NCBI GenBank assembly: GCA_965230525.1
Contig: OZ246008.1
Coordinates: forward strand, 903,251-967,250
Source of the DNA: Kangiellaceae bacterium
GTDB lineage: Bacteria; Pseudomonadota; Gammaproteobacteria; Enterobacterales; Kangiellaceae
Direction of reading: 5' to 3'
Length of the DNA: 64,000 nt
The position numbers and the translations under genes were made by a program. Below are positions 30,099 through 36,594 of the stretch, one piece after another; within the stretch, counting starts at the first letter, position 1, and each line of letters starts with the position of its first letter. The notes beneath the pieces were generated by a model. It made no database searches. It saw only the letters and a list, made by a program, of their open reading frames with translations, and had not been told where the DNA came from.

Positions 30099-31187
30099 AT
30101 GACTCATGCTGAGACTGGAACAAATAACTCAATTGTGATTACCGCAATGGGAGCGGTTACGGCTGTGGGTGGCAATGTAGAGCAAAGTACAGCGGCAATC
30201 GCAGCTGGCATTACACCTTTTGTTGAGCACTGCTATTACCAATGTACCCCCGCGGACCCAGAATGGGACGAAGACTTACCCGCCTATGTTGCAGCTGCCC
30301 CGTTTGTTGAGTTTCATGTCGACAACCTAGAACGTTTTAATCAATTGATCATTCCCGCTTTAAAAGAGTTATTCGCACAAAGTCACATTAAAAGACAAGC
30401 GTTGTCTAAAACTGGGCTCTTGGTGGCGCTGCCAGAGGCTGAAAGTGGATTGCAAAAACTAGCACTTGACGATCTGTGGTTAACTGATGTTCGACGTCAC
30501 ATGGGGTTAGTTGGACTAAAAAATGCTCGCACTAATCGCGATGCTCATGTTGGTGTTTTTAGCGCGATAAACCAAGCCATGGAATCTTTAAAAAATGGGC
30601 AATTAGAGCAATGTATAGTGGGTGGCGTGGACAGTTACTTGCTGCAAAGTAGAATGGCCCATTTTGATAAGCTCTGGCGGTTAAAAAGTAGCCGAAATGT
30701 AGACGGGTTCATACCGGGCGAGGCCGCTACAATGTTAATGTTAGAGACCGAGCAGCATGCGCTTGCTCGAGGCGCTGAAATTTTAGCGGTAATTGGAAGT
30801 GTTGGCTTTGGTGTCGAACCTAATCACATTTACTCTGAGCGAGCGAGTAGCGGTAAAGGTTTGACTGACGCAATTCGACAAGCGCTTGCAGCCGATTCAA
30901 GTGATCAAAATTTTGCCATGATCGGCTGTGACCTTAACGGTGAGAGTTATGCAAGCCAAGAACTTGGGTTGATTGGTACACGATTAGGTGATCGGTTTGG
31001 CGCTGATACCGAAATTAGCCATCCCGCAGACAGTTGTGGTGATGTGGGTGCAGCTTCAGGCGGGTTATTGATCATCAATGCAATCGATCGAATTCAGCAA
31101 ACCGACACCAACAATCTATTATTGACCACTGCTAATGATGACGGTCGGCGCGGAGCGCTCATCATCAAAGCTCCTAGAAAGGCTTAA
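30099..31187 (+). CDS. Thiolase-fold, beta-ketoacyl-synthase-like protein lacking the Cys-His-His triad
   Basis: Colinear with KAS I/II: IVITAMGAVTAVGGNVEQSTAAIAAG, DGFIPGEAATMLMLETEQHALARGAEILAVI, DSCGDVGAASGGLL. The catalytic positions read ...RDAHVGVFSA... (no Cys), ...CDLNGES... and ...CGDVGAA... (no His). The ATG is 1 nt after the DUF2169 stop. Confidence 0.7.
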   Translation: MTHAETGTNNSIVITAMGAVTAVGGNVEQSTAAIAAGITPFVEHCYYQCTPADPEWDEDLPAYVAAAPFVEFHVDNLERFNQLIIPALKELFAQSHIKRQALSKTGLLVALPEAESGLQKLALDDLWLTDVRRHMGLVGLKNARTNRDAHVGVFSAINQAMESLKNGQLEQCIVGGVDSYLLQSRMAHFDKLWRLKSSRNVDGFIPGEAATMLMLETEQHALARGAEILAVIGSVGFGVEPNHIYSERASSGKGLTDAIRQALAADSSDQNFAMIGCDLNGESYASQELGLIGTRLGDRFGADTEISHPADSCGDVGAASGGLLIINAIDRIQQTDTNNLLLTTANDDGRRGALIIKAPRKA

Positions 31188-31234
31188 AAGTACTAAAAAA
31201 GCGTTGCGATAAAGTATAATTTAAAGGAAGTAAC

Positions 31235-31705
31235 ATGGCTGCAACTATTAATGTAAATAATCGAACTGTTGTTCATAAATCCAGTGATGGGATTGTCACT
31301 GTTTTCCCTGATGTTTGTAAAACTCCGACTCCTGGAGGGCCGGTTCCTATCCCCTATCCCAATATTGCGATGTCTTCAGATACTGCTAAGGGGAGTAAGT
31401 CGGTCAAAATGGACGGCAACCCAATAATGCTCAAGGGATCCAATTTTAAAACCAGTACCGGCGATGAGCCAGGCTCCTTGAAAGGCGTTGTTAGTAGCAA
31501 AATTAAGGGTAAAGCGGAATTTGTTAATTATTCTTTTGATGTCAAAGTGGAAGGAAAAAACGTTCCGCGTTTAGCCGATATGATGATTCAAAATAAAGGT
31601 GGCGTTGCCAATACTGCCCCTATTCCAGAGGTTCAGCCACCTATTGTTGTGCCTCCGCCACCAAGTCCAGAAGAAAACCAAATAACCAAAATTGAGATTA
31701 TCTAA
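31235..31705 (+). CDS. DUF4150 (PAAR-like) protein with proline-rich C-terminal tail
   Basis: Contains FPDVCKTPTPGGPVPIPYPNIAMSSD..GSKSVKMDGNPIM..GSNFKTSTGDEPGS.KGVVSS...VKVEGKNVPRLADMMIQN, the DUF4150 signature. The tail is PIPEVQPPIVVPPPPSPEE. Confidence 0.85.
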   Translation: MAATINVNNRTVVHKSSDGIVTVFPDVCKTPTPGGPVPIPYPNIAMSSDTAKGSKSVKMDGNPIMLKGSNFKTSTGDEPGSLKGVVSSKIKGKAEFVNYSFDVKVEGKNVPRLADMMIQNKGGVANTAPIPEVQPPIVVPPPPSPEENQITKIEII

Positions 31706-31716
31706 AGGAGTAGAAC

Positions 31717-33207
31717 ATGGCATTGGTGCAATGGGTTAATTTGGACAAGCATAGTGACTATGCGGCTGATTCTGATATTGGAAGTATCGATCGATGTGGC
31801 GCGCTAGAAATAAAAACCGCGTTTGCTTCGGGCAGTGTGCCCCTCTCTTACAAAGTTAAAGTGTCCCCTTCGGGTTCAGATAACGTCACCTACACGACGG
31901 CAGAATTAGGACGCAATAGTAATTTCAAAATGACCAAAGGAGCGGCAGATTTAGGAACCCAATCCGAAGTGGTTATGAGTGATACTGTTAAACTTCCGGC
32001 TGCCGGTGGGAATAAATATAAACTTGAAGCAAAGGATGCGAACGGAAAGGTTGTCTCCAGTCAGGAAATAGAGGCCAAGCGAAAACTTTATTATCAGTTT
32101 ATGCACATGGAGGATTCTAACGGCAAAGTCACGCCCTATGCGCTTACTCAAATGGAAGGTCATTGTGCGAAGTATCATATTGTTTTAAGTAAAGCGGGTA
32201 CGGATAAAAAAATTCCGTTTCGCAAGTGCATCAACTCTGGTCCCGGTGGTAGGTTTACTCATGTTGGTTTTGCCGCGGACGTAAATTCTCAATACGATTT
32301 AACCGCGCCGCAAAAAAAGGTTGGCTGTGTTACGGCACTATCAAATTATATTGCCTCGTTTAAAAGCACAACTAAAACGCTCACTCATTCAATAGGTGGT
32401 CCGGCTAATCCGAAAATATCGATCACACCAAGTGTGGCAGCAGGCGCTGCTACTGCGGCAGGTATACCCGGAAAAATTACCTTAGCCGTTTTATCGGGTT
32501 ACGAGTTTTTATGGTACGGATTGGACGATGATGATGACCTGGCTAAAGTTTGGTTTATTGATGGAGCTGTGAGCTTTACTCCAAATACTTCTAGTTCTTC
32601 ACCTTCTGCTATGGCCGGTCAATCAATTCAAATTAGTCGTTCGGATGTCAGTATAGGTGGAAGCAAAAAACGAACTCATGGCGGTTATCAAGAGATAGAA
32701 GTAACCATCAATCCAGGATCTACTTTAGATAATATGATTTCGCAAACGAGTGGTACGCTAGATTTTGCTTTTGAGTTGAATCGAGTAAAAGGCTTTAGTG
32801 GTGGTTTTAGTTGGGGTGGTGCTGGATTTGCTTTAACGACTTGTTGTACTAAAGCATGGTTTGAAGATAAACAGCCATCTGCTAGTGACGTAATATGGAA
32901 TCACGAAGTAGGACATAGAATGGGTATGGTGGCATTTGGTGATAAGCCCAACGCTACTTACCCTAATCCGAAACTGCCAGATGCGCCGCCGCATTTGTAC
33001 GGTGAGAAACGTGGGGTTAATGATAAGGGGCATCAAGGTCCTCATTGCGAAGAAGGGGCTGTCACTTACAATGCAACCACAAATAGCTGGAGCGGCACGC
33101 CAGGTTGCGTGCTTTTTGGTGCGACCGGTACTTCAGCAGCCAGCTCGCCGCTCGATTATTGTAGCGACTGTACTCCGGTAGTCAGAAAATTAGATCTTTC
33201 TTTCTAA
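31717..33207 (+). CDS. Candidate cargo/effector: 496-aa protein with a single HExxH (HEVGH) motif and Cys-rich C-terminus
   Basis: AGGAG lies 6 nt upstream of the ATG, which is 11 nt after the PAAR-like stop. It contains WNHEVGHRMGM and a C-terminal 90 aa with 5 Cys (..GPHCEEG..PGCVLFG..DYCSDCTP..). I do not recognise the N-terminal ~380 aa. Confidence 0.55.
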   Translation: MALVQWVNLDKHSDYAADSDIGSIDRCGALEIKTAFASGSVPLSYKVKVSPSGSDNVTYTTAELGRNSNFKMTKGAADLGTQSEVVMSDTVKLPAAGGNKYKLEAKDANGKVVSSQEIEAKRKLYYQFMHMEDSNGKVTPYALTQMEGHCAKYHIVLSKAGTDKKIPFRKCINSGPGGRFTHVGFAADVNSQYDLTAPQKKVGCVTALSNYIASFKSTTKTLTHSIGGPANPKISITPSVAAGAATAAGIPGKITLAVLSGYEFLWYGLDDDDDLAKVWFIDGAVSFTPNTSSSSPSAMAGQSIQISRSDVSIGGSKKRTHGGYQEIEVTINPGSTLDNMISQTSGTLDFAFELNRVKGFSGGFSWGGAGFALTTCCTKAWFEDKQPSASDVIWNHEVGHRMGMVAFGDKPNATYPNPKLPDAPPHLYGEKRGVNDKGHQGPHCEEGAVTYNATTNSWSGTPGCVLFGATGTSAASSPLDYCSDCTPVVRKLDLSF

Positions 33208-33867
33208 ATGGAATTTAAGAAACATTTACCGATCATACTTTTAGCTCACTTATGCGTTATATTAATTTCGTGCAAAGCTAATACTTCCAACAAAGGAGAA
33301 AGCCTAATGGCGGACCAACTTTACCAAATACCTAAAGATTGTGATTTTAGTAAAGTGCTAAATGGAGACACCCATTCCAACGAATGTACTCCGATTCTCG
33401 ATAATAAATTCTTTAGCAAGTTTTCGGGAATTTTAATTAATGGCCCGGAGCAAGTGGTTTGGCCTAAAGATGGAAACCCTGAAGACTATCCAGTAGGGCC
33501 GTGGGGAACTTCCGAGGGACCATTCCGATTAATGCTTGCAGGGTTAGTTAGGACAGAATATAAAACCCTTGGTTTAAAGGGTGAGGCTTCGGAAGAGGTC
33601 TTGTTAGTTGCGGTTAATCAAAAAACGGCAAAAAGTTATTCAGGAAAAATGCCAAAGCCTGACGTCGATACTGCACCCGATTTTGATATGGGTATGGAAG
33701 AAATCCCGCTATCAGAAGAAGAGCAGAATAAACTAATTACCAGTTACTTTAATTTTGATCTCGTGCAAGATTTAGGTTTGCCGATTGCTAATGCCAGCTA
33801 CAATGTTTATGCAACACTCGGAGAAATGAAATCCAATTCAATCATTATTCACACCAAAGTGGAATGA
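33208..33867 (+). CDS. Island family A, copy 1: predicted lipoprotein (candidate immunity protein)
   Basis: The ATG directly abuts the upstream stop (TAAATG). It has the signal peptide plus lipobox MEFKKHLPIILLAHLCVILISC. It shares a conserved core with 34351..34911 and 35356..35949 (IP..CDFS......(E/Q)C(T/S)P, GILIN, GP(F/L)R(L/I)M(L/V)AG, (V/I)NQ(K/E)T, (Y/V)YA(T/V)LGE/A.KSN). Confidence 0.65.
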   Translation: MEFKKHLPIILLAHLCVILISCKANTSNKGESLMADQLYQIPKDCDFSKVLNGDTHSNECTPILDNKFFSKFSGILINGPEQVVWPKDGNPEDYPVGPWGTSEGPFRLMLAGLVRTEYKTLGLKGEASEEVLLVAVNQKTAKSYSGKMPKPDVDTAPDFDMGMEEIPLSEEEQNKLITSYFNFDLVQDLGLPIANASYNVYATLGEMKSNSIIIHTKVE

Positions 33868-33925
33868 TTGAAATTAGAGTTCTTAAATTTTTCGCTCAAT
33901 TATATGCTAAAAGGAACTTCGAGCC

Positions 33926-34300
33926 TTGAAAGAACATCAACAAAGTTCAAACAAAATCATTATCGAAGCTATATCGGCGATTAAAGCTGACCCCAATAAA
34001 ATAGTGATTCATGGAAAGTTTGATATCGAATATGAAGCTAGCGGTCTGTTGACTCGCGGCTCTGAAATCTTAAATCACATCATTCTCGTGGTGACTCGCT
34101 CAGGAAATTATCAATCTGTCACACCCTTTCAAGATGTTATTGCTTTTGAAGATGATGTCCAAGAAAATGATTCGGGCTGTAGTGGTGTTTTCAATATTGA
34201 TCTATTCAAAAAAATTCTCTTCGATGGGCCGGGTGACTATTACATCCTCTGTTCCATTGGTTCTGTTACTTCAAATATCTTGCACGTTAAACACAATTGA
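33926..34300 (+). CDS. Island family B, copy 1 (small all-beta-looking protein, no signal peptide)
   Basis: TTG start; the frame opens only at 33911. Clear paralog of 34939..35298 (HIILVVT, PF.D.I.FEDD.Q..(D/G).(S/G)CSG.F, DYYI(L/M)CSIG..TS.I). Confidence 0.55.
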   Translation: MKEHQQSSNKIIIEAISAIKADPNKIVIHGKFDIEYEASGLLTRGSEILNHIILVVTRSGNYQSVTPFQDVIAFEDDVQENDSGCSGVFNIDLFKKILFDGPGDYYILCSIGSVTSNILHVKHN

Positions 34301-34350
34301 TATTCAAGCAAGAATTTCGATTTATGCTTTACTAAGAGTAGTCGAAAAAT

Positions 34351-34911
34351 ATGCATAGTCGCCTTTATGAAATTCCAGAACAATGTGATTTCTCTACAGT
34401 TTGGAATAATACTGCTAACGCTAACGAATGCTCTCCAAAACTTACACCAGAATTCTTTAACCCTTTTCAAGGAATCTTAATTAATACTCCAATCACAGTG
34501 GAGCTAGATGGTAACTTAGACCTCAAAGACTTCATAGTAACACCTGCGGGTCATCGAGAAGGACCACTAAGAATCATGTTGGCAGGTTCACTTCAAGTAC
34601 CAGTCGGCACATTAAATAAAGACTGTGGATTGAATGAAAAAGTGTTGATAGTTGCTATCAATCAAAAAACTGCAGAAACGTTTAGTGGTTATATGAGTCT
34701 TTTCGGATTTAAAGTCGACCCCATTGAAATTCCGTTACCTGAAGGCGAAACAGAGGAAGATATCGCTAAAGGTGATGTTCGAGAGTTATTTAATGTTGAT
34801 TTAATAGAAAACCTAAAACTCCCAATTATGACAGCGGATTATACTGTTTACGCAGTTCTAGGCGAGTATAAGTCGAATGTGAGAGAGGTCAAAGTGCGAG
34901 TAAAGAAGTAG
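34351..34911 (+). CDS. Island family A, copy 2 (no signal peptide)
   Basis: ATG at 34351, with an in-frame stop 12 nt upstream. It is colinear with A1 from residue ~34 onward and is the most divergent of the three copies. Confidence 0.6.
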   Translation: MHSRLYEIPEQCDFSTVWNNTANANECSPKLTPEFFNPFQGILINTPITVELDGNLDLKDFIVTPAGHREGPLRIMLAGSLQVPVGTLNKDCGLNEKVLIVAINQKTAETFSGYMSLFGFKVDPIEIPLPEGETEEDIAKGDVRELFNVDLIENLKLPIMTADYTVYAVLGEYKSNVREVKVRVKK

Positions 34912-34938
34912 CCTCTTTAGTTACTGAGTCTAATAGTT

Positions 34939-35298
34939 ATGATTAAGAATAATTACTTTATAGCAATTGAAAATCCTTCAAAGACAAACAGTAAAGAAAC
35001 TTTGATGATTCAAGGACAATTCAGAGTTCCTTATCATCAATCTGGTATTACTGTGCAAGGTGCTGATATGCTAAAACACATAATATTGGTTGTCACAATG
35101 GGTGGTGCTCGTGCAGTCGTTCGCCCATTTAAGGACTATGTGATTTTTGAAGATGACATTCAAGACGATGGACAAAGTTGTAGTGGCTATTTTAAATTCA
35201 ATGCGTTTGAAAAGATATCGTTTACCGAGGGTGATCACTATTACATAATGTGTTCGATAGGAACCTTCACTTCTGATATTGTTAAAGTCTCAGTTTAA
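34939..35298 (+). CDS. Island family B, copy 2
   Basis: ATG start. Roughly half of its positions are identical to B1 by eye. Confidence 0.6.
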   Translation: MIKNNYFIAIENPSKTNSKETLMIQGQFRVPYHQSGITVQGADMLKHIILVVTMGGARAVVRPFKDYVIFEDDIQDDGQSCSGYFKFNAFEKISFTEGDHYYIMCSIGTFTSDIVKVSV

Positions 35299-35355
35299 TA
35301 CCTTGTTGCTTTTACAATCAAAACTCTACAAATAAAAATATTTTTATTCTGCGCT

Positions 35356-35949
35356 TTGTTTGCGTCAAAGGCATCAGTAGAGAAGCCGATGAAAAATGAA
35401 CATTATAAAATTCCTGAAAACTGTGATTTTAGTAAAATTTACAATGCGAATTCAGAAGAAAATCAATGCTCACCAAAACTAAACGACAAGTTCTTTAGTG
35501 AATTTTCTGGAATTCTAATTAATGCACCCAAAATAGTAGAATGGCCAAAGAATGTTCATTTAAAGGATTATTATCCAAGGCCATCAGGCACATCTTATGG
35601 GCCGCTAAGATTGATGGTCGCAGGTTTGATCCGGACGCAATATAAAACTCTTGGTCTAAATGGTGATACTAGCGAAGCCGTAGCATTGGTGGCTATTAAC
35701 CAAGAGACCAAAGCTATACTCTCAGCAAGAATGCCTAGACCAGATTTTGATTTACCACCAGATTTTGAAAACGAAAGTCCTGAAAGAACTCGAAATGAAG
35801 CCGAATTAAACGCACTAATTACAAATCACTTTAATTTTGATTTAGTTCATGACTTAGGATTACCGATAGCGGAAGCTAATTATCAGGTTTATGCTACTCT
35901 TGGAGCAATGAAGTCAAATGTGGTGGAAGTTAAAACTGTTATCAAATAA
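35356..35949 (+). CDS. Island family A, copy 3 (start uncertain: TTG 35356 or ATG 35389)
   Basis: Closest paralog of A1 (e.g. FFS.FSGILIN.P..V.WPK, RTxYKTLGL.G..SE.V.LVA(V/I)NQ, FNFDLV.DLGLPIA.A.Y.VYATLG.MKSN). Confidence 0.6.
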   Translation: MFASKASVEKPMKNEHYKIPENCDFSKIYNANSEENQCSPKLNDKFFSEFSGILINAPKIVEWPKNVHLKDYYPRPSGTSYGPLRLMVAGLIRTQYKTLGLNGDTSEAVALVAINQETKAILSARMPRPDFDLPPDFENESPERTRNEAELNALITNHFNFDLVHDLGLPIAEANYQVYATLGAMKSNVVEVKTVIK

Positions 35950-35967
35950 CCTTTATTTGCGTCTTCT

Positions 35968-36486
35968 TTAGAACTTCTTTAACCTTATTTTCGAATCTTT
36001 CACATTGATACTATTCGAAGTGAACTCAAGATACTTTGCAGTTAATTCGATATTTCCAAGCACATCTTCCAGAGCATCTTTAAAATAAACATCATCTACA
36101 GCTATGCTAAATTTCTCGGTTACTATTTGATCACATGGCTTTTGAGAGTATTCATCATATACTTGATTACCATCCCAAGAAATAGACAAATGATTATCAA
36201 TTGATTCATACTCTTGTCCACTTTCAAGATTCTTAATAGTAAACATAATGGTTTCTGGAAATTGAGACCAAATGGCATATTGACTGCCGCAATTAACAAA
36301 AACTGAAAAACTTCCTTCAATCCTCAGTTTATTCTTATCATTTGCTGCATCATGGCTTAATTGAATTCTTAGTCCTTGAGTTTGGTTCATTCTTTCCTTT
36401 CCATTTACTTCACTAGTGTATGAGTATATTAGTGTCAGTAGAGCTAACGGTAGAACCAACGACGTTTTGTCTCTAAAATGATTCAT
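35968..36486 (-). CDS. Secreted small protein, possible divergent family-B relative (convergent with the array)
   Basis: ATG at 36486 gives the signal peptide MNHFRDKTSLVLPLALLTLIYSYT. There is weak colinearity with B1/B2 (LRIEGSFSV ~ IVIHGKFDI; GNIELTAKYLEFTSNSINVK ~ GDYYILCSIGSVTSNILHVK). Confidence 0.45.
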   Translation of the reverse strand: MNHFRDKTSLVLPLALLTLIYSYTSEVNGKERMNQTQGLRIQLSHDAANDKNKLRIEGSFSVFVNCGSQYAIWSQFPETIMFTIKNLESGQEYESIDNHLSISWDGNQVYDEYSQKPCDQIVTEKFSIAVDDVYFKDALEDVLGNIELTAKYLEFTSNSINVKDSKIRLKKF

Positions 36487-36594
36487 TGTTTCTGAATCCT
36501 CAAAACTCATTTATTAACCCATTAAGCGCTATGGCGACTTGATTTTCAATTATATGTCACAATTAAAGTTATCTCGACTTTAACGGGAACTTCT

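Noticed and set aside
31235-33207. The possibility that the DUF4150 gene and the 496-aa gene are one frameshifted pseudogene of a PAAR-toxin fusion.
   Set aside because: The downstream ORF has its own consensus AGGAG at ideal spacing and an ATG, and both ORFs are intact. Separate genes are the simpler reading. Fission of an ancestral fusion is retained as a hypothesis in the findings.
34134-34470. Overlapping 74-aa (+) and 76-aa (-) ORFs across the B1/A2 junction, and the 106-aa ORF at 29340..29660 inside the DUF2169 gene.
   Set aside because: These are alternative-frame or antisense ORFs inside or bridging genes whose main frames have paralog or family support. They show no independent coding evidence.
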